Source: Rebecca billardiae RCC1528
Lineage: Eukaryota; Protista; Haptophyta
Length of the DNA stretch: 64,000 nucleotides
Direction: 5' to 3'
Assembly (NCBI GenBank): GCA_965240325.2
Contig: OZ251235.1
Span: 1,984,001-2,048,000, forward strand
Positions 33,047-45,794 of the stretch are shown here, piece after piece. The notes beneath the pieces are model-generated. The model did no database searches. It was not told the DNA's origin and saw only the letters and a list, made by a program, of their open reading frames with translations. The translations under genes and the position numbers were made by a program. How positions within the stretch are numbered: the stretch's first letter is position 1; every line of letters starts with the position of its first letter.

Positions 33047-34717
33047 ATGCGCGACGGGCGCCGCGATCGCGCGCATGCAAGGCGCAGGCAAGGGCAAGGT
33101 GTGGCGCTCGCCTTGAGCGCACTCGCGCTCGTGGCGGTGGGCGCACTCCTGCTGTGGCTAGATCTGGGCTCGCACGTGGTACCACCCCACTCGCACCACA
33201 GCCGCCGGGCGACGCGACGCGACGCGCGCAACTCGCGCCAGGCGCACAAGAGCGAAAACCGAGACGAGAAGCGCAGCGACCGGCACAAGCCGGACGCGAG
33301 CAAATCGGCGGACGAGATGTGGGCGTCGTCGTGCAAGCTGGGCGACTGGATGAAGCTGGGCAAGTGCAAGCACGGCTTCAGCACCCCTGGCTGCTCTGAA
33401 GGGTACCACACTTGGTTCGAAGCCGGCTGCCTCTGCGACTACAGCGCGTACCCGTGGGGCTTCCTGCCCAAGGACATCACGCCGGTGGGCTTCACCTGGG
33501 CGCTGATGAAGACGAACATCAGCTACGCGCAGATCGCCAGCCAGAGCGGCTGCATGGAGCAGCTCGACGACTGCAACGCGCCGCGCGAAGGAGACGTCCG
33601 GCTGGATGCGTACGGCCATGGCACGCTCGAGCTCTTCACCTCGAGGCGGTGGCGGCGGGTGGTGGGCGAGGTGGACAACGAGACGGCGTACGCGCAGTGC
33701 ACGCGGCTAGGTGCGCGCCCCCGCCGAGCGTGCGCGCGCGCCGCCCTGCGCGGCGCGCATCGCGCGCGCGCGCGCCGTGCTCAGCCGGCGCGGCATGCCA
33801 TTACTGAGCGCGCCTCCCCGCGTCGCCGGCCGCCGCGCGCCGCGCGCGCAGGCTTCACGCAGGGTGGGCTCGCGGACTCGGCGGACATCGTGACGTTCGA
33901 CTCGCAGAGCATGGTGCTCGTCAACGCGCCGTGCGAGGCAGGCAACGCGCTCGACAGCTGCGTCAGCCGCGCGCGCCATCACTCGGGCAGGGCGAAGCTG
34001 CTGCGGCTCGCATGCACGCACGACGGCCCAGCCGGCTGTTTCATCGCGCGTAACGGCCGGCGCGAGTGCGTGGTGGGGAAGCGCACGTACAACCGCACGT
34101 CGGCGCTGCCCGCGAGCGCGCCGAGCTTCGCGTGCGGCACGAGCGGCAGCGGCTTCCTCGCCAAGCCGCCGCTGATCGAGCAGAAGCCGCCGCAGGCGGA
34201 GGAAGGCGGGATGGACGATGCCGCGTGCCACTCGCTGTTTGAGAATGTTCTCGCGCGCTGCGGCACGGCGGACCAGTCGAGCAGCCGGTGGCCGAGCAGG
34301 CAGATGTGCAGCGACGGCTGCCACGACACGATCCTGCAGGCGATCCTCGCCGAGGCGTGCCACGTCACCGTCGTCGACTCGACGTGGGGCGCAACCTTTG
34401 GCGGCGCGATCAAATCGCATGCTGAGATCCTTTACAACCAGTGCGGGCGCGACCTTTGGCAGACGGCCGCTGTCTCGGTCTCACTGTACGAGGGGTGCAT
34501 GGACCTGCTGATCGACATGTGGAAGAAGTGCCAGGAGGACTCGCAGAAGCACCTGTGCAGCGACTCGTGCGCCGAGCGCGTGAATGACGCGATGCGCGCC
34601 GAGTCGTGCTACGACATGCACTACTTCCGGCGCGACTCGAAAACGTTCCGCGGGCACGTCGAGATCATGCGCGAGCTCAGAATACGCGTGTGCCAGCAGC
34701 CCAGGGGCTGGAGCTGA
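33047..34717 (+). CDS. Type II membrane Cys-rich protein with SRCR-like domain. Inferred intron 33711-33851
   Basis: N-terminal TM, then GDVRLDAYGHGTLELF...W...TAYAQCTRLG|F (SRCR-like), then two Cys-rich helical repeats. Confidence 0.65.
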   Translation: MRDGRRDRAHARRRQGQGVALALSALALVAVGALLLWLDLGSHVVPPHSHHSRRATRRDARNSRQAHKSENRDEKRSDRHKPDASKSADEMWASSCKLGDWMKLGKCKHGFSTPGCSEGYHTWFEAGCLCDYSAYPWGFLPKDITPVGFTWALMKTNISYAQIASQSGCMEQLDDCNAPREGDVRLDAYGHGTLELFTSRRWRRVVGEVDNETAYAQCTRLGARPRRACARAALRGAHRARARRAQPARHAITERASPRRRPPRAARAGFTQGGLADSADIVTFDSQSMVLVNAPCEAGNALDSCVSRARHHSGRAKLLRLACTHDGPAGCFIARNGRRECVVGKRTYNRTSALPASAPSFACGTSGSGFLAKPPLIEQKPPQAEEGGMDDAACHSLFENVLARCGTADQSSSRWPSRQMCSDGCHDTILQAILAEACHVTVVDSTWGATFGGAIKSHAEILYNQCGRDLWQTAAVSVSLYEGCMDLLIDMWKKCQEDSQKHLCSDSCAERVNDAMRAESCYDMHYFRRDSKTFRGHVEIMRELRIRVCQQPRGWS

Positions 34718-35539
34718 CGGCCGGCGGGCCCGCGTCGAAAAGAGAGCCGGCGCGCGCGATGCGAGCAGCATGCGCTGCGCTCCGGGGATCCGACAGATCT
34801 ATCGATGGGCAGATGGCATGGCACCGGCGGCGGGCTACTCTGCAAACCGAACGGCGCAACGCGTCACACGGAGTATAGACCGAGACGCGGCCCCGAGCTG
34901 GCACGCCGCAGTCCGCACGGGGGACGGGCACGGGCTGACGCTAACTACCCCACTACGGGCGCGCGGCTCCACCGCCTGTATCGTGGGTGGCATCATCGAC
35001 GAAATTATTACGATGACGCTGAATAATATATATAGCTATAAATATATATTATTGGCAATAATACTATATGTATTGCAATATATATAGCTATATATATATT
35101 TGTAATAATTTAAGTAATAAGGATGACGTGGTATGCAACGGGCAAGTGTCAGGCTCAGAGTGCAGCATATACTTTTAATAATCATCATATGGTCCGGCGA
35201 TATCCGCGGCCGCCGGCCGCCGGTCGGGGCCCCGCGGACCGCGGCCCGTGGCCCGTGCCGCAGTAGGGCGGAGCGGGAGCGCACAGCGGCGTGGAGCCCG
35301 GGCGGCGCGCTCAAGAATCTTCGCGTCCGACTTGCGGGCGGACTTGGCGCGCCGTGCTTCGAGACGCCAGCAATGGTCGGCGTCGAAGCCAGGTACGTGC
35401 TGTAGTTAGCGTGCCGCGGCTGAGCGCGATCGAGTAACTGGGGGGAGGCTGGCAGCGTGCGCGCGGCGGCGCTGGCGGTGGCTCGCCACCGAGCGTCGCG
35501 AGGGGCTCGGCGGCTCGAGCCGCGCGCCGTCAGCCGCGC

Positions 35540-37878
35540 CTAGCCCTCGACGGCGAGGCCCAGCGCCGCCGCCGAGCTCCCCGTGCGCGACGCCGTCTTG
35601 GCGAAGGCGCACAGCTTGCCCACGTCGACCGAGTTGAAGGCGCACGCGCGCAGCCGCGCGCGCACGTGCGCGGTGAGCGCGTGACACACAGCGAGCTCGT
35701 CCTTAGCGGGCGTCACCCACGCAGGCGCCTCGCTCGGCTTGCGCCGGCGCGCGCGCTCCACGCGCCGCCGCGCCAGCTCCGTGTCAAAGAGCCGCTCGAG
35801 GTAGAGCAGCTGCGTGTGCAGCGCGCGCGCGCTCACCTCCGGCTGCATGCGCGAGCGGCAGCGCGGCGCGACGCAAGCCTGGCATGGCCCCCGAGCGCGG
35901 CGGCGCGGCGGCGGCGGTGTCGCGGCGGCGGCGGGCGGTGAGTTGACGCGTGCGGCGGCGTGTCGCGCTCGCGGGGCGGCGGGTCGCGCTCTGGCGCGCG
36001 CGCGTACGGGGAAGACGGGCTGGCCGTTCTCGTCGGTGGAGACGTACGCGGAGAGGCAGCGCGTGCGCTCGCCGCACGACACCTCCTCGCAGACGAGCGC
36101 CGACTGCGCGGCACGGGCGCGGCGCCGGAGGCGGAGGGACGGCGCGGCGCGGCGCTCGGAGCGGTGAGCGAAGGCGGCGGGCTTGTGGCGGAGCGCGGTC
36201 CGCCATCGCGCACGCGCGCACGCACGCGCACGGAGGGCGGTGCGGCCGTGCGCGCACCGTGTAGTACGCCTTCTCCGCGGCGCGCATGGCGAGCGTGATC
36301 GCGTTGTGCAGAGCGGTGCCATCGTAATTCTCACCGCAGGCCTCACACCGGAGTGACGGGTGCGAGCCGTCGCGCGAGGCGACGGCGGAGCACACCGAGC
36401 GCGCGGGCGCGACGGCGCGGCACGCGGCGCAGCCGAGCTGCAGCGGGCGCACGTCCTTGAAGCGCGACTCGTCGTCCTCCGGCGCGGTGCCGTACACCTC
36501 CTCGCCGCCGTCCGCGGCCGCGCCGCCCGCGCCGGGCGCGGCGCTGTGAAACTTACTCGGGTCAAGCCCAAGACACTCGGCGATGCGCGCCGAGTCTGTG
36601 CCCTCGATGGGCTCGCACAGCCGCGCGACGGGCGGGTGGATCTGGTTGGCGAGGTACCAGTCGCGGTCGATCTCGAGCCCGCCGTCCGCCTCGAGCACCA
36701 CCTTCGGGTGCCGTGCGCGCTCGGCGATGGACTTGCCCACCGCGGGCGGCGGCGGCGGCGGCGGCGGCGCGGCGCCGTCCGCGCCGTCGGCGGGCGGCGG
36801 CGCCGCCGCCGCCGCCTCCTGCGGCGCGCACACGACGTACTCGACGATCGAGCCGGCGGCGACGGACTCGCCGCGCGCGATCTGCTGCAGCGCCACCTGC
36901 ACGTGCGGCTGGTTCTTCGCGTCGGGGTAGTCCGCCGGCGCCTTGGTCAGCCCCTTGGTGATGGTGTAGGCCTCAATGGGCAGCTTGTTGGCGCGCACCG
37001 ACGCGGCGACCGTGCGCAAGTACTCGTGGACCGCCTCGACGATCTCCTCGCGCGGGCGGGCGGAGAGGATGAGGTCGAGCACGGCGGAGCCCACGTCGCG
37101 CGACAGCGTGCACCAGTCGCGGCGCACCAGGTCCAGCCCCTTCGTCTCGCGCTCGCACACGATCGTCGGCGCGCCGCCGGGCGCGGCGGGCGGCCCCTCG
37201 CTGACGACGACGCGCGCCGCGTACTTTTTCTTCTTGAGTAGCAGCATCATCTGGAAGATGCCGTCGACCTCGATCTCGAGGCAGCGGTACAGCTTGTTCA
37301 CCTCGCGCTTGAGCGCGCCCGCCATCTGCTTCGCCTCGCCCAGCGCGTCCGTGCGCGAGTGGATCATGATCGAGTCGGTGTCTCCATAGATCACCTCGAG
37401 CCCCAAGCCTTCTGCGATGTCAACCGTCCTCTGGAGCGTCGCGCGGCCGGTCGTGCAGATCAGCTCGGCGATGGGCCGCGCGAAGAAGCGCGAGCCGGCG
37501 AAGCCGAGGCAGCCGTACATCGAGTTGGCCATGATCTTGAGCGCCTTCTGCCGGATGTCCAGCTGCTTCAGCTTCGCCGGCTCGCTCGTCTGCTTGAGCA
37601 GATTCTTGACCACCTTGCGCTTGGCGACGATTGAGTGGATGAGCCGCGGCAGCACGCCGGGCTCCGCGCCCTGCTCGGGGAGCGACGCGGGCGGCAGGCT
37701 GCCGTCCTCGAGCGGGCGCGGGCGGGAGACCGTGGTGAAGCACAGGTTGTACTCCTGCACGATCGACGGGTACAGCGAGTTGAAGTCGAGCAGCAGCACG
37801 AACTTGTCGTACAGCCCGCGCTTGGGCTCGAGCACGAGGCCGCCCGCGTACGCCGGCTTGCGCCGCGCGGACGTGGAC

Positions 37879-37923
<45 letters not shown>

Positions 37924-40744
37924 TCGGCGTCGTCGGCGTCGTCGGCGTCGGCCGCGATCGCGGCGTCCTCCTCCGCGCCGCCGCCCGCCGCCGCCGCCGC
38001 CGCCGCCGCCTGCGCCCCCTTCTTCTTGGCCAGCGCCTCGCGCTCCTTGCGCGAGAGCTTGTCGGGGACGATGAACTTGAGGCGGTGGAACTCGTGCAGC
38101 AGCAGGTACTCGATGCGCTCGGCGCGCTGGCCCTTGAGCGAGTGGGCCCAGAGGTTGCCCGCGATGGTGGTGAGCTGCCGCGTGAGCGGGAGCACCTGCA
38201 GCTTGTCCATCAGCCGCAGCGCCAGGTACGCGTCGTTCTCCACCGACTGCACCAGCGCGAGCAGAGAGTCGCTGCGCTCGAGCCGCGCAGGCACGGTCGC
38301 GACGTCGATGTCCTCCTTGCTCGTCACGTCCAGCTGCGTGCGCGCGAGCTCGCGCAGCGCGTACGAGCGCTGGCCGAGGAGGAGCTCGCGCGAGCAGAGG
38401 TACGTGTCGACCATCAGCCGGCCGCACACCACGCTCCAGTCGAGCCACGCGTCGCGGCCGCCCGCCGGCGCGGCGAGCGCCGACCTGGGCAGCTTGGAGC
38501 GCTTGAGCCGGCACAGCTTGGACCAGTGCTGCAGCCCAAGAGCGGCCATGCGCTGCAGCAGCACCTGCACGTCGAAGCCGGCGATGTTGTGCCCGACGAG
38601 CACGTCGGGGTCGAGCGAGTGCACCTTCGCGAGCAGGAACGAGAGCAGCGCGCGCTCCGACGACGTCTGCTCCACGCGCATCCCGCGCGCCGCGCCCAGC
38701 TTGGTGCGGAGGTCCCATGGCCAGATCGAGCCCTCCAGCTTGCGCACCACGCTGAAGTGAGAAAGACCTCCGCCGCCCGCGCGCGGCTTGGAGGCGAGCG
38801 CGGCGGAGGCGTCGGCGCCGTCGAGCTCGATCCCGTCGTGCACGATCGCGCTGGCGAGCACCACCTGGTGCGTCCGCGCCTTGTCCGTGCCCAGCACCGT
38901 CTGCACGTGCAGCGACATGACCCGGAGCGGCGGCGCGGGCGGCACGGGGTCGGCGCGCAGCACGCTGATCGCCTTGCGCCCGCTCACGCACGCCTCGAAG
39001 CGGCACCACGAGACGGCGGCGGGCGGCGGCGCGACGCCCTCGATCGAGAGCCAGCACGGGCCCTGCACGCCGCGCTTCACCAGCAGGTGCTCCACCATCG
39101 ACGTGCTCGCGCCGAAGATGTGCGAGTACGTGTTGCCGCCGCCGTCGGGCGCGTGCACCGGCCTGCACTCCGCCTCATAGGCCACCTTCAGATACCGGCC
39201 CTTGGCTGGCACGCCCTCCTCCTCGAAGGCGTACTTGCGCTCGACGGGCTTGCACTTGAAGCGCTTCACGCCGTGCGAGTTCATCAGCTTCGCCACCTCG
39301 GGGTACACGTCCTTCGGCTCGTAACCGTCGCGCGGCAGCACGAAGATGTGGCGCTCGAGCGAGCGCACGGCGACGCAGCACGACGCGAACGCATCCTGCC
39401 GCGCGCCGCCGCCGCCGCCGCCGCCGCCTCCGGCGTGCTTGGCCACCTTGCCGAAGAGGTAGAGGACGCCCGGCTGGTTGTACGGGTCCTCGTATGCGTC
39501 GAGCCAGTACAGCCGCAGGCTGCCGTCCTCCTCCAGCGGCGGCATGCTGTTCGAAGCACCGCCGCCGGCCGCGGTCGCCGCCGCCGGCTCGGCCGAGCGC
39601 GGCTCCGCCTGCGAGCCGGCGCCGCCGCCCTCCTCCGCGTCGGCGTCGAGGCACACCTTGAACCAGTCCTCGCCGCCGCCTGCGCGCGCGGGCGGCGGCG
39701 CGGGCGCGAGCGGGCGTGCGCCGCGCCGGGGCGCGTGCGCGCATCAGCGCCTGCGCGCCGCGCCCCGCAGCGCGCGCGCCGGGCGCGCGGCGCGGCGCAC
39801 GCACCAATCTCAGGGGCGGCGGAGAAGGGCTTGGCCGCCGCGCCCGCGACCGCGTCGTCGGCGGCGCCGGCGGGGTCCGCGTCGTCGGCGGCGCCACCCG
39901 GCGGGGCGGGGCCATCCGCGTCCATCGCCATGTCCTCGTGCCCACCTGCGCCGCCATCGTCCGCCCCCATGTCCATGTCGACGCCGGAGGGATCCGGCTC
40001 GCCGCCCGCGCGCGCGAGCGGTGCCTCGGCTGCCGCGCGCGCCGCGGTGCGCGGCACGTGCGCGCGCTCGCGCGCGACGGTGCTGTACGCCGGCGGCGCG
40101 GGCCGCGACGCGGGCGTCGTGCGCTCGCGCTCGCGCGTGATCCGGTTGAGCGAGCCCGTGAACATGAGCTGATCCTTGGCTGAACGCGGCCGGCCGGCGC
40201 CGCGCGCGGCGCCGGCCGCGCTCGCGCCCGTCTCCGCGCTGATGCCGCCGAGCACGGACGCGAGCAGCGCGTCGGCGCCCTCGTCCTCCTTGCGGCGGAC
40301 GCCTGCGGCGCTCGGGCCGATCTGCTCGCCGCACGCGGCCGGGCCCTTCGCGCCCGCCCGCCCGCCAAGGAAGGCAGCCGAGACGGCCTTCTCAGGCTTC
40401 TTCTTCGCCTTGGGCGCCATGGACAGAGCGCCCTTCTTGGTGATCGCCTTCGCCTTCTTGCGGCGGGGGCCATCCTCGTCGTCCGAGACCTCCTGCCCCA
40501 AGTCGTCGTCGCTCCAGCCGTCCTCGCCGTCCCTCTCGATGAAGTCGTCGTCCTCGGCCAGCCGCTTGCCGTAATCCTCGTCGTCATACTCGTCGTACAC
40601 CTTGTCCTCCGCCTCGAGGTGGAACTGCTCCGTGCGCTTCAGGCCGCCACCGCCCTGGCGCGCCGCCGCGATCTGCGCGGCCAGCTCCGCCGCCTTCGCC
40701 GTCTTCGACACCGCTCCGCGATCGCGGAAGCTGCGATCGGTCAT
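35540..40744 (-). CDS. POLA1: DNA polymerase alpha catalytic subunit. Inferred introns 39680-39804, 36104-36257, 35879-36007
   Basis: YWLDAYE, LYLFGK, YAGGLVLEPKRGLY, LLDFNSLYPSI, KIMANSMYGCLG, VIYGDTDS, KKKKYAA, KGLDLVRRDW and a C-terminal Zn finger. Confidence 0.97.
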
Positions 40745-40960
40745 GGTGCCCGCCGAGCCGCTCGACGGTGACCAACGGACTCGCGACTCGTGACGAACGC
40801 CAGGATGACGGTTAGGCAACGAGGATTTTCTGATAACGCGAATGAATCGACAGGCCGCATTATTTTTCGTACATTAGTCGATTTTCGTCGCGCGTCGGCG
40901 CGTCATCGAGTTCTTCGCCTCGGCGAAGCTGCACGGGCGGTCGGCAGGGTGACAACAGCC

Positions 40961-42043
40961 ATGGAAGCGCGCCCGCCGCATCGTCGGGGCGGCACGCTCC
41001 CGCACGCGCACGGCGCACGCCCGTTGCACGCGGCGTGCAGGCTACTCCCAGTGCTGGCCTGCACCTGGGCGTACCATGGGCCCGACGGGGCCGCCGTCGA
41101 TGCGATCCCTGCCGAGCCGGGCCTGGAGCGCATCCGCGCGCAGGCCACGGAGCTCCTGCGGCGGCCGGCAGGCGACAGCGTGCTGCCCGCGGGCACGCCC
41201 GCCTCGCTGGTCGCGACGACGTGCGGCGGCCCGCGGCGCAAGGTGAAGAAGCGGGGCGTCAAGTTCGCGCCGCGCGTCGTCGACGGCTGGCGCCAGCGCG
41301 GCCTCGAGGACACCATCCGCATGTTCCGCTCCGACAAGGCGTCGACGCACAAGCGCAGCCATAACTACGTCAACCTGTACGAGCCCTTCCTCTCGGCGGC
41401 GCGGGGCACGGACGTGCGCGTCGCCGAGTTCGGCGTGTACTGCGGCAACTCGCTCCTCGCCTGGCGCGAGTACCTCGGCCCCCGCGCGCGCGTGTGGGGC
41501 CTCGACATCTTTGGCGCCAACCAGACTGCCATCTACCCGCCCTCAGACGCCGGCCAGCTGCCAGCGGGCATCGGGCTGGTGCGCGTGTCGCAGGTGGACC
41601 ACTGGGGCGTGGTGGCGGCGATCGACGCGATCCAGCCCGACATCGTCTTCGAGGACGCGTGCCACTCCAACGCCGGCAACGTGCTCGCCCTGAACGCAAT
41701 CTTCCCCGCCCTCAAGCCGGGCGCCGTATACGCGGTGGAGGACTTCGAGCCCGCGCCCCGCGGCGATCCCGGGCCGCGGCTCTTCCGGGACAACCCGTGC
41801 TGGGACCCGACCAGGCTGAGCGCGCGCTACCCGGGCGCGTTCGACGAGATGCGCACGTGCGCCGACGTCGGGCTCGCGCACTACCTGACGCAGCTCAAGC
41901 GCCTCCTCGACTCGGGCCGAGCGCCGCCGCCCAACCTGGCGCGGCCGGCGTGCCTCACCAACTTCCACGCCATCGAGCCGCTCATCGAGCGCATCGACGC
42001 GCACGAGACCGCGTCGGCGTTTGTACTCTACAAGCGCAAGTGA
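40961..42043 (+). CDS. Class I SAM-dependent methyltransferase, MycE/ElmMI-like sugar O-methyltransferase
   Basis: SDK...HNYVNLYE, EFGVYCGNSLLAWREY...WGLDI, DIVFEDACH, FPALKPGAVYAVED. Confidence 0.8.
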   Translation: MEARPPHRRGGTLPHAHGARPLHAACRLLPVLACTWAYHGPDGAAVDAIPAEPGLERIRAQATELLRRPAGDSVLPAGTPASLVATTCGGPRRKVKKRGVKFAPRVVDGWRQRGLEDTIRMFRSDKASTHKRSHNYVNLYEPFLSAARGTDVRVAEFGVYCGNSLLAWREYLGPRARVWGLDIFGANQTAIYPPSDAGQLPAGIGLVRVSQVDHWGVVAAIDAIQPDIVFEDACHSNAGNVLALNAIFPALKPGAVYAVEDFEPAPRGDPGPRLFRDNPCWDPTRLSARYPGAFDEMRTCADVGLAHYLTQLKRLLDSGRAPPPNLARPACLTNFHAIEPLIERIDAHETASAFVLYKRK

Positions 42044-42986
42044 GGGCGGCCTCCTCCCGCTTCCGACGGCTCTCTCCTGGCATGCATGCGCGGCGCGCGC
42101 GCCACGCCCTTGCAATCGTAGGCGAATGTAGTTGTCGTTGTGATGCAATGTGCGTCGTCGACGCCTTCCGCTCACTTCGACGGATGAAGCGGATGAGGCA
42201 CGACGTGCACGGCGCCGCCCGTCGCGCCCCGCCACCCCGGGCCTGGCGCTTCTCCGTTCTCGACGACCGGCCGCGCACGCGTGACGGGCAGGCCGGCGGC
42301 ACGGGCGCTTATATCCGACTAGTTGACGTAGTCGCGGTAGTAGTAAGTACTAAGTAGAGACTCTCAGAGACGGTAACTACTGCCGCGCCGCGTCAGCGTG
42401 CGTACTTGGTCTTATGACTACTTGTATATCGACTAGTAATAATCGACATCGTCACTATCTGAGGCGGTCCGGCCGCGCGGGACCGCGCCCGCCCGGGAGT
42501 ATGCGCCGCAGTGCGGCTGTCACTGAGTGCGCGCCACTGCTCACTCGGTCTCAGCTCAGCCAGCGGCAGCTCGGGCAGGCTCGCGGCACGGCCCAGTAGT
42601 GAGTTAGACGGCGCCTGCTCGAACGCTGCGCAGCGAATGCGTTTCACGACTCGTCATGATCGATGCATGAATCATCGGATAGTTAATCTCGCCTGCCTGA
42701 GCTGTGTATGCGTCTCTTATTCTTATATAGTAAACTGTATATTCAGGCCGCGCCGAGCAAGTGATCCGTCAGCGGCGACTGGCGTCAGCCTGGCCGGGTC
42801 AGGCCCGGCGGAACGGTGAATTGCCAGGCGCTGATGAGCTAGCCTGAGGGGAGCGGGCACTTGCGAATCGCCGCCGCAATGATGCCTTGAAAGTGGTTGC
42901 GACCCATGCCAGTCCGGGCAGGTCGTATGAGAATGAATCATGAATGACCTGTAGCCCCATGGCGGTTGGCTGTGGCGAGCAACATG

Positions 42987-43771
42987 TCATTGCTGCATGT
43001 GGCCAGGGAAGCCTCGGCTGGGCGCGTCCCGTCCACCGGCCGCGTCATCGCCACCCTGATAGTCATCCACTCCGCCGCCGAAGCGAGAACTCCACTGTCG
43101 CGAGGTCCGCGCGCGCGCGCGCGCGTGACACCAGCGCGGTGCGGTGCGCATGAGATGTCAGCGGCGCAGCGTGCAGGCTCGACGCGGTCCGGCGCGTTAC
43201 TGCCTGGGCACGCACCGCGCCTGCAGCCCCACAGCGCGCGGCCGAGCCGCGCAGCGCGCACCTTCTCGCGCTTGGCTCTCCTCGCGGCCTTCGCCTCCTC
43301 CATGATCTGCGCCATGAGCTTTGGATCGCTGCGCGCCGCCTTCATCCGCGCGGCTGCAAACTCCTGCATCGTGGTGGGCGGCTTGTCCTTACCGCCCGCG
43401 CCGCCGGCCATCATCGTGTCCTCGTCCTCGTTGAGGATGCGCAGCCGCATCTCGCGCTCCTGGCGCGCCGCAATGTCCGCTTCCGACTCCTCGCGCTGGC
43501 GCTTGATCCTCTTGCCGGAGATGACGCTGCGCACGACATCGGCGCTCTTCGACTTGTGCTTCTCCTTGTCCTTGCGCTTCTTGCGCTTGTCCTTTTTGTC
43601 CTTGTCCTTCTTGTGCTTGTGCTCCTTGTCGCGCCCGCGGGAGCTCTTGTCGCGCTTACTACTCCTGTGCTTCTCCTTGTCCTTGTCGCGCGAGCGCTTC
43701 TTCTCCTTGCGCCGGTCCTCCTCAGAGGAGGAGGACGAGGAGTTGCCCGAGTCGGAGGACGACCCCGCCAT
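42987..43771 (-). CDS. Small Lys/Arg/Ser-rich probable nuclear protein. Inferred intron 43095-43261; 3' exon uncertain
   Basis: SSSDS/KEKKRSRDKDK low-complexity N-terminus, RSVISGKRIK motif, GTGCGC donor at 43261. Confidence 0.6.
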
Positions 43772-43846
43772 CGTGCTCGATGAAAATCAGAAAATGAGCC
43801 CGGACCGACCGCCGGCCACGCAGTCGTTCGCATCGTGTTCACGACG

Positions 43847-45794
43847 ATGGCGGTGGCGGCTGCGCGCGTACTCGCCGTGCTCGGCGCTTCAGCCGCGACG
43901 ACGTTCAGATGCTCGTTCGAGCCTGAAACACCGCTGGTACGCGCCGTGCATCTGGCTTCGAGCGCCTCCGCGCTGGCCGCGCGCTAGGGCTGCCATTGCA
44001 CACGCGCTCACCCATGCGGCCGGCGCGCGTGCGCGCACGCGCCCTCGGGCGCTCGCGCGCGCTTGCGCAGGACATCCACGTCTACGTGAGCGCGGACCCG
44101 TCGCTGCAGAGCTTCGAGGGCGCTGTTCCGGTCTGGCGTGCGCAGGGCGTCCCGTACAGCCTGAAGGCGCCGACGCAGCGGCACACGGCCGTCCTGCCGC
44201 TGTCAGAGGCGGCGCAGCACAACGGCACGCTGTTTGCACACGTCTTCGTCACGCCGCACGGGCGCTCGCCGGATCCGCAGGACGAGAGCCACGCGCGCAC
44301 GCTCACGTCGAATGTCTCGCACGCCCTCGTCGTCCACGGCCCGCGGCCCACCTTCGCGCCGCTGCGCAACCTGCTGACCGGCGAGCGGCCGCCGTGGCAG
44401 GCGGCCCTATTTGACAGCTTGCCTCCGGGGCACGAGCGCCAGTGGATCAGCTTCTTCAAGCCTGCTGTCTCGATCAACGTGGTGGTGGACCACGAGTCGT
44501 ACGAGCTGAACGCGATCCCGATGGTGCTGTGGCAGCACTGGTTCGAGCAGCGCCTCGTCAGCCGGCGCGAGGGCCGGTTCAAGCCCATCGTGTTTCTCAA
44601 CGAGCTCGCGATGGTCAAGGGCAGCTGGGTGCCGCTCAACGCGAGCGTGGCCGAGGTGGAGCTGAGCCTCGACGCGCAGCCCATGTCGATCCGGCGGTTC
44701 GTGTGGATGCTCAACCTGCGCCAGTCCTTCGCCCTGCAGGAGGAGACGCTCGGCATCTCCGAGAAGGAGTCGGAGGAGCTGCGCGGCATGTTCACCAACA
44801 CGCACCCGGTGCTGCTGTACACGACCGTCGGCGTGTCGGCGCTGCACCTGCTCTTCGACGTGCTCGCGTTCAAGCACGACATCTCGTTCTGGCGCTCGGT
44901 CGAGTCGATGGAGGGGCTCTCGACGCGCTCGGTCTTCGCCAACGTCGCGATGGAGGCCGTCATCCTCGTGTACCTCGTCGACGAGGGCGCGAGCTGGCTC
45001 GTGCAGCTCGGCTCCGGGCTCACGCTGCTGGTCGGCGTGTTCAAAATGTTCAAGTCGCTGCGGGTGCGGCGCGCGGACGCGGCGCGCGCGGCGGGCGGCG
45101 TGTCGGAGACGGACATGTACGACCGGCTCGCGTACAGCCGGCTCGCGCCCCCCGTCGCGCTCCTCGTCGTGGGCTACGCCGCGTGGGAGCTTCTCTTCGA
45201 CTTCCACCGCGGCTGGTGGGCGTGGGCCCTCAACTCGCTCGTTGCGCTCGTGTACGGCGTCGGCTTCATCGTGATGACGCCGCAGCTCTTCATCAACTAC
45301 AAGCTCAAGTCGGTGGCGCACCTGCCGTGGCGCTTCTTCTTCTACAAGTTCCTCAACACCTTCATGTGCGGCGCGGCGCGCCTGCGCGCCCACGGCTCGC
45401 GTGCCGCGGCCGGCACGCGCGAATCACGCGTCCCGCCGCGCGCCCTCGGCCGCACCGCGCCGCGCGCGCGCGCAGCGACGATCTCTTCGCCTTCATCATC
45501 AAAATGCCGACGCTCCATCGGATGTCGTGCTTCCGCGACGACATCGTCTTCATCTGCTTCCTCTACCAGCGCTACATCTACCCCGTCGACCGCAAGCGCG
45601 TCAACGAGTTCGGCACCACGGGCGAGCCTGCCAGTGCTGCAGCCGCCGACGGCGCAAGTGCTGACGGCAAGCGACCGCAAGCAGCGGCCAAGCAGCAGGG
45701 CAAGGTGCGCGGCAGCGCCTCTGGCGGCGGCGAACGGCATCAGCCAGGGAGCGGCGGGCGACAACCGACAGCAAAGTCCAAGAAGACGAACTAG
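43847..45794 (+). CDS. CLPTM1: CLPTM1-family membrane protein (lipid scramblase-like). Inferred introns 43937-44070 and 45366-45475
   Basis: HNGTLFAHVF, LAFKHDISFW, GFIVMTPQLFINYKLKSVAHLPWR, LNTFI|DDLFAFIIKMPTLHR, YQRYIYPVDRKRVNEFG. Confidence 0.95.

Noticed and set aside
35540-40744. Family B polymerase as a sign of an endogenous virus or Polinton
   Set aside because: It has Pol alpha-specific N- and C-terminal domains and host-type introns, and no viral genes are nearby.
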